This document shows positions 8,656 to 17,153 of a DNA stretch of 21,262 bases, piece after piece. Both the position numbers and the translations under genes were made by a program. The stretch is from a virus (Duplodnaviria > Heunggongvirae > Uroviricota > Caudoviricetes), in IMG/VR virus record IMGVR_UViG_2703718838_000007; one strand, written 5' to 3'. Numbering within the stretch: position 1 is the first letter of the stretch; every line of letters begins with the position of its first letter. The notes beneath the pieces are model-generated. The model searched no databases. It was not told where the DNA came from and was given only the letters and a program-made list of their open reading frames with translations.

Positions 8656-9501
8656 TCAGCAGTCAGCAAGCTGGGCGTTAGATTTTTCAGTTGCGCCGGT
8701 CGCTTCCGGGCGGCGGTATTTGCTGGCGTCCTGGGTAGAAAGCTGCGCTTTCATCTCGTCGAACTCAGAGCGCAACTTATCCACCGCTTCGGCGGTCTGT
8801 TTGTTCTTAAGCTGCCCTGCGCTCAGTTTTTCCATCTTGTCCAGCAATTCACCCTGGCTTTCCGCTACCAGTTCAACCGCCTGGCGAATATCACCATTTT
8901 CACGATCGAAGTGCTGGCGGGTTCCTGTCAGCATTTCCTTGATACGGGAAAAGAAATTCTTCCCGGTGTCGGACGCTGGCGGCTCTTCCTGCGCAAATTC
9001 AAGTGACGATTCCAGGGTTTCAGTGAAGAAGCATTCAGGTGCATAGTGACGCGCGGCCAGTGGGTTGGCGCTGGCGTTCTGGGTGCAAAACTTCATCATT
9101 TCGGTGCCCAGGCTCGCCGGGTTATCGGTACAGGCCAGCCCCATAAGGTAGGCTTTGCCGGTGTCAGCAAAGGACGGATGCACCTCAATGCTATGGTAGA
9201 TTTTTTGGCGTTTCTTCTTCAGTTCGACCAGTTCATCCGTGGCGTCCACCTTCACCAAAAGCGCCAACTTGCCCTTTAACTGGCCTTCGGCGATTTCTTC
9301 ATATTTCGTTTCAGCAACGTCGCCGTAAGCACGAAAATCACTGTTTGGAGACCAGCCTAAAATGTGTTCCAGATTGACGCGGGCGCCATAGACCTGGGGA
9401 TCGTACTGCTCGGCCATTTCGATAATGTGCTGACGTTCCAGCACGCGGCCATCACAGGTTGCGCCTTCGACTGCGACGCGGAAAAAATTTGTCATTGGCA
9501 T
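8656..9501 (-). CDS. O: Capsid scaffold protein gpO-like
   Basis: ATG at 9501 (MPMTNFFRVAVEGATCDGRV...) preceded by GGAG; resembles the P2 gpO N-terminus. The track's longer ORF uses an upstream non-ATG start. Confidence 0.8.
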   Translation of the reverse strand: MPMTNFFRVAVEGATCDGRVLERQHIIEMAEQYDPQVYGARVNLEHILGWSPNSDFRAYGDVAETKYEEIAEGQLKGKLALLVKVDATDELVELKKKRQKIYHSIEVHPSFADTGKAYLMGLACTDNPASLGTEMMKFCTQNASANPLAARHYAPECFFTETLESSLEFAQEEPPASDTGKNFFSRIKEMLTGTRQHFDRENGDIRQAVELVAESQGELLDKMEKLSAGQLKNKQTAEAVDKLRSEFDEMKAQLSTQDASKYRRPEATGATEKSNAQLADC

Positions 9502-9591
9502 GGTGACAAAGCTCCGGGTTGGTAAGCGATTGATATTAACCAGTGCCCCCAATCATTCCCTTTGCAGCAGGAAGGCGCAAAGCCTTCACTT

Positions 9592-9609
9592 TGTCGGACT
9601 CAGGCGACA
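9592..9609. promoter_or_regulatory. Late promoter activator site (TGT-N12-ACA dyad) in the divergent O/P control region
   Basis: Exact TGT CGGACTCAGGCG ACA inside the longer inverted repeat TTGTCG...CGACAA (9591-9610). Spacing fits a minus-strand late promoter for O; a weaker TTGC-N11-GCAA dyad at 9562-9580 may serve P. Confidence 0.5.
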
Positions 9610-9655
9610 ACCAGCGGCGATATTGTTGCGCGCGCGAGCGCGATAGCCTGTTGCC

Positions 9656-11368
9656 ATGAATACAGCCGAAGACCTCAGCACAAAAGCCAAAAGCCTCTAC
9701 TGGCAGGCGTTTAGCATCACTCAGATTTCTAAGGAAATCGGGGTGAGCATTAACACGATCTACAGTTGGCGCCGCCGCTACGAATGGGATAAAGCCACCC
9801 CCATGCAGCGGGTGCAGGATCGCACACACGTTCGTTACCTGCGCCTGGTGGAAAAGGACGACAAAACCCCGAAGGACTTCAAAGAAATTGACCTGCTGGC
9901 GCGCCAGCTTGACCGCTTTGAACGGCATGAGCGACGCGACCAGGAGAAAGAGAAGAAGGCAAAGACCCCGAAAAACCATTTCACCGAAGAACAGATAACC
10001 CAGCTTCGCGCCCTGGTCTTTGATTCGCTATACGAGCATCAAAAACGCTGGTTCAAACAGTGGAACCGGCGTAACCGCTTTATACTCAAATCGCGCCAGA
10101 TTGGTGCCACCTGGTACTTTGCCCGCGAAGCGCTGTTGCGTGCGCTGGAAACCGGAAATAATCAGATATTCCTGTCAGCCAGCCGCGCCCAGGCGTTCCA
10201 GTTCAAGCGGTTCATTCAGAAGCTGGCAAGGGAAATAGGAGTAGAACTTAAGGGCGGTGATGCCATTGAGTTAAGCAACGGTGCGATCCTGTATTTTCTC
10301 GGCACCTCCGCCGCGACGGCCCAGAGCTACACCGGCGATCTGTACCTTGATGAAGCCTTCTGGATCAGTAATTTCATCAAACTGCGCTCAGTGGCCGCAG
10401 GCATGGCGACACAAAAAGGACTGCGCCGCACCTACTTTTCGACGCCTTCCAGTGAAGAACATGAAGCCTATCCTTTCTGGACTGGCGATCAGTTCAATAA
10501 AAACCGCCGCCGCTCCGATCGGGTGGATATCGACACCAGTTATAAGGCACTGAAAAACGGCAAGCTATGCGGGGATAACATCTGGCGCCAGATAGTCACG
10601 CTGGAAGACGCCGTGAAGCTCGGCTTCGATCTGGTTGATACCGATGAAATCCGTAACGAAAACTCCCCCGACGAATACGCCAACCTGTACGGCTGCATGT
10701 TCGTTAAAGCCGGGGAACGCGCCTTCGACTACAACGCAATTCTGGGCTGCGGCGTTGATGGCTACATGCCGGACGCGTGGCCGGACTGGAACCCGTTTGC
10801 ACCCCGCCCGCTGGGTAATCGCCCTGTCTGGGTTAGCTATGACCCCAACGGCAGCAGCGGCAAAGGCGACAGCGCCGGGCTGGTTGTGCTGGCCCCGCCA
10901 GCCGTGCCGGGTGGTAAGTTCCGCGCGGTAGAGCGCCACCAGTTACGCGGCATGGAGTACGAAGAGCAGGCCAATTTTATTAAAGAGATCACCACCCGCT
11001 ACAACGTGCAGCACATTGCTATCGACGGCACGGGGATCGGCGATGCGGTTTATCAACTGGTGATCAAGTTCTTCCCGCAGGCGGTTAAATACAACTATTC
11101 ACCGGTTCTTAAGCGGTCGATGGTGCTCAAAATGTTGATGGTCATTCGCGCCGGGCGCTTTGAGTTCGACGCCGGAATGATGGATCTCGCACAGTCGTTT
11201 ATGACCGTGCGTAAAGTCACCGCTGGCGGCGTTATTACTTACCAGTCAGATCGCGCCCGTGGCAGCAATCACGGCGATCTGGCATGGGCAACTATGCAGG
11301 GCATTTACAACGAACCGATCGGCGCGGAAGTGACCGGCGATAACGGCAGTTTTGTGGAGGAGTTTTAA
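9656..11368 (+). CDS. P: Terminase large subunit (ATPase) gpP-like
   Basis: 570 aa, ATG verified at 9656. Diverges from O; size and position match P2 gpP. Confidence 0.85.
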   Translation: MNTAEDLSTKAKSLYWQAFSITQISKEIGVSINTIYSWRRRYEWDKATPMQRVQDRTHVRYLRLVEKDDKTPKDFKEIDLLARQLDRFERHERRDQEKEKKAKTPKNHFTEEQITQLRALVFDSLYEHQKRWFKQWNRRNRFILKSRQIGATWYFAREALLRALETGNNQIFLSASRAQAFQFKRFIQKLAREIGVELKGGDAIELSNGAILYFLGTSAATAQSYTGDLYLDEAFWISNFIKLRSVAAGMATQKGLRRTYFSTPSSEEHEAYPFWTGDQFNKNRRRSDRVDIDTSYKALKNGKLCGDNIWRQIVTLEDAVKLGFDLVDTDEIRNENSPDEYANLYGCMFVKAGERAFDYNAILGCGVDGYMPDAWPDWNPFAPRPLGNRPVWVSYDPNGSSGKGDSAGLVVLAPPAVPGGKFRAVERHQLRGMEYEEQANFIKEITTRYNVQHIAIDGTGIGDAVYQLVIKFFPQAVKYNYSPVLKRSMVLKMLMVIRAGRFEFDAGMMDLAQSFMTVRKVTAGGVITYQSDRARGSNHGDLAWATMQGIYNEPIGAEVTGDNGSFVEEF

Positions 11369-12418
11369 TTGAGCGGCAAAAAGAAATTCAGGGCGCCAAC
11401 TGCTGCGCCAGCCAGCACGGCCAGCAACGCAGCCACCCCGCTGGAAAGCGTGGAATCTTTCAGCTTTGGCGACCCGATCGCAGTCAACGATCGCGCGTCT
11501 CTTATGGAGTGCCTCGAATGCCATAACAATGGCCGCTGGTATGAACCACCGATCAGCCCCTACGGGCTTGCGCGCATGTTCGACGTTGCCGCCTATCACC
11601 AGTCACCGCTGATATTTAAACGCAATGTTATCGCCAGTTGCTACATACCACACCCGCTATTGACCCGGCAGGAGTTCACCGCCTGGGTGCAGGATTATTT
11701 AATTTTCGGTAACTGTTACATGGAATGCCGCCGCAACCGACTCGGCCAGCCGATTGAACTGCGGCACAGCCAGGCGAAATATACGCGGCGCGGCATAGAC
11801 CCGGCTCAATTCTGGTTTGTTCCGCGCTACGTTGACGATCACGCGTTCGAACCGGGCAGCGTCTGCCAGATCAAGAACCCCAGCCCGCACCAGGAGATCT
11901 ACGGCGCGCCGGAATATCTGGCCGCGCTACAAAGCGCCATGCTGAACGGTGAAGCAACGGTGTTCCGCCGCAACTACTACATTAACGGCAGTCATGCGGG
12001 TGTGATCGTCTACCTCACTGACCCGGTGGCGAATAATAACGATGTGGAAAAGCTTAAGAAGTCGCTGAAAGATGCACGCGGAAACGGTGCTTTTAAAAAC
12101 CTGTTTGTCTACGCGGCGGGCGGGAAAAAAGACGGCCTGCAAATTATGCCGTTCAGCCAGGTGGCGGCTAAGGATGAGTTTACCGGCATCAAAGACGCCA
12201 CCCGCGACGACCTGTTAGCCGCGCACCGCGTGCCGCCCGTTCTGATGGGGGTAATGCCGAATAACTCCGGTGGCTTCGGCGACGTAGAGAAAGCGGCGAA
12301 GGTGTTTTCCATCAACGAACTGGCCCCGATACAAGAAAGCCTGAAAGAGTTAAACGACTGGCTGGGGATCGACGTGGTGCGCTTCAACCCTTACGCACTG
12401 TTGCAGGCAGCGATCTGA
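11369..12418 (+). CDS. Q: Portal protein gpQ-like
   Basis: 349 aa. TTG start directly after the P stop, preceded by GGAGGAG; last structural gene before cos, as in P2. Confidence 0.8.
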   Translation: MSGKKKFRAPTAAPASTASNAATPLESVESFSFGDPIAVNDRASLMECLECHNNGRWYEPPISPYGLARMFDVAAYHQSPLIFKRNVIASCYIPHPLLTRQEFTAWVQDYLIFGNCYMECRRNRLGQPIELRHSQAKYTRRGIDPAQFWFVPRYVDDHAFEPGSVCQIKNPSPHQEIYGAPEYLAALQSAMLNGEATVFRRNYYINGSHAGVIVYLTDPVANNNDVEKLKKSLKDARGNGAFKNLFVYAAGGKKDGLQIMPFSQVAAKDEFTGIKDATRDDLLAAHRVPPVLMGVMPNNSGGFGDVEKAAKVFSINELAPIQESLKELNDWLGIDVVRFNPYALLQAAI

Positions 12419-12488
12419 CGCCAGCCCGAACACACCCACCACCACCGCGCAAAGGCCTACACGGCCATAACTGACCACACCGCACGTA

Positions 12489-12525
12489 AGCCCCTCAGCA
12501 GCCCGCTGGCAGGGGCTTTTCTTTT
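12489..12525 (+). terminator. Intrinsic terminator downstream of Q
   Basis: AGCCCCT...AGGGGCT stem followed by TTTTCTTTT, about 70 nt after the Q stop. Confidence 0.5.
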
Positions 12526-12627
12526 GCCTCAAACCACCACGGCGAACCGAAAACAACGCAGCAGCGAGGCGCAGCGGCGCGAATATCCGCGCAGATAATA
12601 CCGACCCTATCCCACCCCTCAGCGCGC

Positions 12628-12647
12628 GCTCATTCCCCCGCCTCGCC
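12628..12647 (-). other. cos (cohesive end) site
   Basis: Minus strand reads GGCGAGGCGGGGGAATGAG. The first 12 nt equal the start of the P2 cohesive end as I recall it (GGCGAGGCGGGGAAAGCAC). Location between Q and the tin/old-equivalent locus is as in P2. Confidence 0.55.
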
Positions 12648-12782
12648 CGCACACAGAAACCCCGCTTTTTTGTGCAAATGTGCAAACCACCGGAAGGCCC
12701 GCCCCGTCTGGCCTTAGTTAAGAAAATGACTTTCGAAAAAATTGTGCATTCTCATGCAAGTTTATGCGCCATTTTTGCAGGT

Positions 12783-12807
12783 AAAAAAATCCCGCCGAAG
12801 CGGGATT
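12783..12807 (-). terminator. Intrinsic terminator ending the accessory cassette
   Basis: On the minus strand, a GAATCCCGC-TTCG-GCGGGATT hairpin followed by seven T, 14 nt after the stop of the 12822..13934 gene. Confidence 0.65.
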
Positions 12808-12821
12808 CATTGGTTATCGAA

Positions 12822-13934
12822 TTATGCAGATTTCATTCGATAAGCAGATAAAGAAACAACATTTTCGGTAGCGATTTCTGGGGCAAAATCTAACGAATTA
12901 TCGTTCGCTAACTCCGCTAACATAGCTGGAGTAATACACAAACGCTTGGCTAATGACTCAACATCAACTGACAGATCCGTTAAGAGAAACTTCATTGCCT
13001 TATGAAATAGCTCTGGCTTTTCATTAGGAATCAAATAATCTTCTTTTTCATCAATGGCTTCCCCCTTGCGCTTTAAACCGAAGAATGCCGTTTTATATTG
13101 GGCATCGGTTAAAAGAGAAAGCTGATGTGCTCTATAAATTGTTGCTGCCTTACTAACTTTCCACGTCAGTTTAAACTGACTTAGCCCCTGCCAGTCGATA
13201 CGACCGCCAATTGGGCGAGGAAAATATTTTGCCATCGCCGATCGGGGTAGAAGCAATGCTGATGCAAAACGGTTAGCTTGAGATTCAGTTACCCGATCCC
13301 CCGTTGAAATACCTTCGTGCAAAATCAAATGTGCAACTTCGTGAGCAATATCAAAACGCTGACGGCAAGGCGATTTTTTAGCCGTATTTCTTACAATGAA
13401 TGGCCGACTTAAAGGAACAGAAAGCGCATCCACATCATCAGAGACAGAATCGAAAGAAGTAACAAATGCTCCCAGCTTTTCAGCAAGACGAGTCATGTTG
13501 TCAATCGGCCCAAAACCTAATCCCCAATCAGCCCGGCATTTCTCAGCGGCTCTTTCTATGTCCTCTTGAGTATTTACTCTCAGTTCAGGAAATCTTACTG
13601 GCGGTAAATTCAAGTACTCATCAAAAACTTCAATGAGACGGCGATACAATTCAGCTTTAGCGAGCGTCGCCCACTTAGTAGCCATACGTGTTGAACTACG
13701 CTTGCGGAAGTGAACGATCTCTTCATTCACTGGAGATTGCTCTTGTACTGCGAAAAATTCAGGCGTGACCAGCAATACGGCAGCTAATTTATTCGCAAGC
13801 TCAGGAGTAGGCACAGCCGAGCCGGATTCCAGCCGCTGAATGTACTGGCGGGTCTTATCGACCCGCTCAGCTACTTGCTCCAGTGATAACTCGTGATACA
13901 GACGAGCCAATCGCAAATTAGAACCGTTAAACAC
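12822..13934 (-). CDS. Fused HTH_XRE / M78 (ImmA/IrrE, COG2856-type) zinc metallopeptidase with a ~100-aa C-terminal extension
   Basis: 370 aa. HTH-like LSLEQVAERVDKTRQYIQRLESG at residues ~15-40; HExxH zinc motif in DIAHEVAHLILHEG near residue 200. GTG start at 13934 with AGGTGA upstream (no in-frame ATG retains the HTH). Confidence 0.7.
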   Translation of the reverse strand: MFNGSNLRLARLYHELSLEQVAERVDKTRQYIQRLESGSAVPTPELANKLAAVLLVTPEFFAVQEQSPVNEEIVHFRKRSSTRMATKWATLAKAELYRRLIEVFDEYLNLPPVRFPELRVNTQEDIERAAEKCRADWGLGFGPIDNMTRLAEKLGAFVTSFDSVSDDVDALSVPLSRPFIVRNTAKKSPCRQRFDIAHEVAHLILHEGISTGDRVTESQANRFASALLLPRSAMAKYFPRPIGGRIDWQGLSQFKLTWKVSKAATIYRAHQLSLLTDAQYKTAFFGLKRKGEAIDEKEDYLIPNEKPELFHKAMKFLLTDLSVDVESLAKRLCITPAMLAELANDNSLDFAPEIATENVVSLSAYRMKSA

Positions 13935-13947
13935 TTTTCACCTACTA

Positions 13948-14541
13948 TTATCCGTTATCGCTTTTCTTTTCCTTTTCAGGAACAGAAGCGCTGATATCAT
14001 CCAGCTCAATCTTAACAGGTGCTGGCGGGGTATCGTCTATAGAATGCAGCACAGTTACCCGTTCTTCGCCATACGTCCATAAAGAGAGCATTTCTTCCAG
14101 CGCATTATAACCCGCAAAATGCACTCGCCCACCTTCACCTTCGAACTCTGGTTTCTCTACAACGAAGCGCCAAATCGTAGGGATTGTATCTTCTGATGCG
14201 AATAACTGATCAACACTATTCTTTCGGAAGAAGTTAGCCTTTTTCGGATTAGTCGGATCATCGCTAAAAGAACGGATTGGGATACCGCCAATAGTGATTG
14301 TGTAATCGTTATTGGGATTAGAAAGCCCTAACCAGTCGTATTTTTTTGACATGCACAGTTTGACGATTCGATTCTTCTGGCGTCCAAAAGTGCATGTTGC
14401 GCGGGTATAATTATCATCAAGCGAAGAAGACAAAAGCTCATGTGTGTCTTCCTGCACTTTAAGGAGTGCCTCCGCAATGATAGATAAGCGTTCTTCGGTT
14501 AACTGCGGATGAAACGTCCAAGGTAATGGGTAATTTTGCAT
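13948..14541 (-). CDS. Hypothetical protein, unrecognised partner of the HTH-peptidase
   Basis: 197 aa, ATG at 14541 with AAAGGAAAG upstream. No transmembrane segment or catalytic motif recognisable by eye. Stop lies 13 nt before the next start; region is AT-richer than flanks by eye. Confidence 0.6.
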   Translation of the reverse strand: MQNYPLPWTFHPQLTEERLSIIAEALLKVQEDTHELLSSSLDDNYTRATCTFGRQKNRIVKLCMSKKYDWLGLSNPNNDYTITIGGIPIRSFSDDPTNPKKANFFRKNSVDQLFASEDTIPTIWRFVVEKPEFEGEGGRVHFAGYNALEEMLSLWTYGEERVTVLHSIDDTPPAPVKIELDDISASVPEKEKKSDNG

Positions 14542-14559
14542 CGGGTCACTTTCCTTTCA

Positions 14560-14618
14560 GTGCAAAAATCAAACTTTGTCAACCGGGATAATGGTGCAGA
14601 ATTTTGATTTTGTCAACT
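14560..14618 (-). promoter_or_regulatory. Promoter with two imperfect ~25-bp direct repeats (operator-like) upstream of the 197-aa gene
   Basis: Minus-strand repeats GTTGACAAA...TGCAC at 14594-14618 and 14560-14584. The distal one gives -35 TTGACA, 17-bp spacer, -10 CATTAT. Lies in the 75-bp gap after the A stop. Confidence 0.4.
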
Positions 14619-16977
14619 AACCCCTGTTAATTTTTACAGCCACTTTCCAACGATTGAGAAGCTCGTCAGATTTTTTCTTAACTGCCATTTTTTCAGATGC
14701 CAATTTATCTACCCCAGATGCTGCGCGGTTGCTGGAAACTAACCGCCCATTTTGCACGGTCAAAACGAGATCGCCGCACGCCACTGACGCACCGGCCATC
14801 ATCGATCTGACCATTCCGGCGCTGGCATCAATCCCACGCAGCGCCAGCAGTTCACTGATCTGCTGCTCTTTCACGGATAGCCCGGCCCTCTCTTCCCGTT
14901 CCGGTGGCCGTTTTTTACGCTTACTTCGCACATCGTTACTAAGCCGCTGCGCCAGTTCTCGCTTTTCCTGCCGTGAAAGCGCATCAAAATTCACCGTCTC
15001 GCCCACTTCGTGATCGGCATGTTCAAGACCGTCTGCACCTGTCGCGGGATCCCGCGTACAGTTATTGACAGAACTCCGAGGGGCGGCGCTGCCGCCTGAA
15101 AAACCAACGTCAACGGCCACACCGTCAGCGCTCTGGCGCTTCGGCACGATTTTGTATTGAGTGGTGCGGGTGAAGATCAAAGAGTCATTGCCCGTAATCG
15201 GGCAGTAAATACCAGTGATTCGCTGGACGTTATCACCGTAGGCGTTGCCGTTTTCAGTGGTTTCATAGTTCAGACGGATGCGCAGCTTATCGCGCTCAAC
15301 CAACGGGCCACCCTGGGCTAATACGTAGTTATCCCATTCGCCACCGTTAGCGGCCTGCCGGGCGGTTTCCAGTTCAGGGTGTAACACCAGTTCGCGATCG
15401 CCCAGGCGGCGAAGTTCCCGATATACCGTGACCGGCGCACCGCCGATCTGCTGAAACTGGCGAATAGCCCAGCGCGATGCCCACGCACTAACGCGGAGTG
15501 ACATTTCTTTCAGGTCTTCCCCAGTTTCGTCGTCCTTCTCACCATCGAGCGCGAAGCCGTCGATATTCTTCGAAATGTATTTCGCTATGTAGCCGGTTGC
15601 GCTGCCGTGGGCATCGTCGATCGGCACAACCTGAAAGCGGTTTTCCTGCGCTCCCGGTTCGTTGCCGTCTTCTTTCAGGGCATATTTACGGAAGATTTCG
15701 CGCGCCTGCTCGACGCATTCCGGGCGCATAAAAAGAAGTAAATGCCAGTGGGGTGTTGCATCGTGGTGCGGTTCGACCACGCGGAAACCAAAGACGCGGA
15801 TCCCTTTTCTCTTCCAAGCTGCGCGGGTTCTCGCCCAGACTTTGCAAAGATATTGCTGCGTCTCGCGCGGCGACGCGCCACAGTATTTATTATTGCGGCG
15901 CCCGTTATGCTGCATGGAGTGGTAACGGGAAGGTGCTGTCAGCGTGTAGAAATCACCGGCCAACCCTTCCAGCTTCGCCAGATCTTCAAAGCCGCGCATT
16001 CTCGTCATGAGTTCGCGGCGACGGTTGGCCGGATTGGCAACACTGCCAGCGACTTTATCGATCAGTGAAATGCGCTCGCCCGTGTCCTGGTCTTCCAGTT
16101 CCATAGCCTTGAGGTATTCACGGTTAGCCTTTTTCTGGGCCAGCCATTCCGTAAGGCACGGGGCGCTACTGTATGGGGAAGATTTTTTCTGGACGTATCC
16201 CGCTGCGATCATCAAATGCTCACGCCACCGGGCATGGATACGGCGCAGGCGGTTTAACCACCACTGCGGTGACTCAAGACGGAGAACCGCGCGTAACGCG
16301 TCCTCCGCTTCAAGTTCTTCATTGCAATATGCTGTCCAACCTGGGATCGGCGTTTTCATATGCACCACCAGCGACGCAATACGGCCATAGCCAGAAAGCG
16401 CCGCGAACTCAGGATCTCCGGTGCGTGCCAATTGGTGATCGGACTCGCGTATAAACTCGCTCGTAAAGATATCGGCAAGCGTATAAGCCAGTCTTTTTAA
16501 CTCTTTCTTCCCTGCCCAGAGCATACGGAACAGCTGATCGCGGATTGGCAGCAGAATGCCGGGCATCACAGTGTCAGGCTGGTAAACACTGTTCACGCTA
16601 TCAATTCGCGTTAATACGTGGCGCTCAAAGGTATTAACCAGCCAGTGATCTGCTGCTTTGCGGTCTTTCGCGTCCAGTGCATCCAGCTTCGCGGCAAAGT
16701 GGCGGCGGACATACTGCGGAAGTGAAGCCAGACGGCGACGCAGCAGCTTGCCGCGCTCCGGCTTTTCGTCTTCCGCTACCAGTTCACTGAACGGAATATG
16801 CTTACGCGTGCCGTCCGGCGTGAGATAGTCGAAACCATCCAGCCCCGGCGCTACATCAACGCCAATCGGCTGGTATGGTTTGTTCCCGCCATAAGCGTAA
16901 GGGATAGCATTGTCAGTGCTACCCGGATACGGTGGAGGTGGAGAAGGGGCGCGACGGCCACGGGTTTCCGTGGTCAT
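14617..16977 (-). CDS. A: Rolling-circle replication initiator (endonuclease) gpA-like
   Basis: 786 aa. HUH-like PHWHLLLF and a paired-tyrosine YIAKYISK motif; size and position match P2 gpA. Confidence 0.85.
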   Translation of the reverse strand: MTTETRGRRAPSPPPPYPGSTDNAIPYAYGGNKPYQPIGVDVAPGLDGFDYLTPDGTRKHIPFSELVAEDEKPERGKLLRRRLASLPQYVRRHFAAKLDALDAKDRKAADHWLVNTFERHVLTRIDSVNSVYQPDTVMPGILLPIRDQLFRMLWAGKKELKRLAYTLADIFTSEFIRESDHQLARTGDPEFAALSGYGRIASLVVHMKTPIPGWTAYCNEELEAEDALRAVLRLESPQWWLNRLRRIHARWREHLMIAAGYVQKKSSPYSSAPCLTEWLAQKKANREYLKAMELEDQDTGERISLIDKVAGSVANPANRRRELMTRMRGFEDLAKLEGLAGDFYTLTAPSRYHSMQHNGRRNNKYCGASPRETQQYLCKVWARTRAAWKRKGIRVFGFRVVEPHHDATPHWHLLLFMRPECVEQAREIFRKYALKEDGNEPGAQENRFQVVPIDDAHGSATGYIAKYISKNIDGFALDGEKDDETGEDLKEMSLRVSAWASRWAIRQFQQIGGAPVTVYRELRRLGDRELVLHPELETARQAANGGEWDNYVLAQGGPLVERDKLRIRLNYETTENGNAYGDNVQRITGIYCPITGNDSLIFTRTTQYKIVPKRQSADGVAVDVGFSGGSAAPRSSVNNCTRDPATGADGLEHADHEVGETVNFDALSRQEKRELAQRLSNDVRSKRKKRPPEREERAGLSVKEQQISELLALRGIDASAGMVRSMMAGASVACGDLVLTVQNGRLVSSNRAASGVDKLASEKMAVKKKSDELLNRWKVAVKINRG

Positions 16978-17153
16978 ATTTGAACTACATCCCCTACTTT
17001 AACGGCTTGGGCTTCCTCTTCTGATTTCTTCAGAATTGTGGTTATTGACTCCCTTCCATAAGCTGTTACTTTCGCCTCAACCAACCAATACGGCGCAATC
17101 TCGCCACGACTCACGCTTATGATTTCAACGATCCAGGCGTCTATAAGATTCAT
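16974..17153 (-). CDS. Small hypothetical protein (59 aa), not in the ORF track
   Basis: Hand-translated MNLIDAWIVEIISVSRGEIAPYWLVEAKVTAYGRESITTILKKSEEEAQAVKVGDVVQI. Its ATG overlaps the methyltransferase stop (TAATG) and its TGA overlaps the A start (ATGA). Confidence 0.5.
   Translation of the reverse strand: MNLIDAWIVEIISVSRGEIAPYWLVEAKVTAYGRESITTILKKSEEEAQAVKVGDVVQI

Noticed and set aside
9536-9979. 147-aa minus-strand ORF across the O/P control region
   Set aside because: Covers the divergent late promoter region and the antisense of the start of P; no RBS; better explained as chance.
12650-12670. Possible terminator at GAAACCCCGCTTTTTTG
   Set aside because: The T run is present, but I could not find a convincing complementary stem; it is more likely part of the cos-flanking sequence.
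12350-12685. 111-aa minus-strand ORF across the Q end, terminator and cos
   Set aside because: Arg/Gly-rich junk-like translation through sequence better explained by the Q 3' end, a terminator and cos.
14654-16454. Series of plus-strand ORFs (60-130 aa) inside gene A
   Set aside because: All antisense to the long, well-supported gpA-like frame; Arg/Ser/Cys-rich translations.
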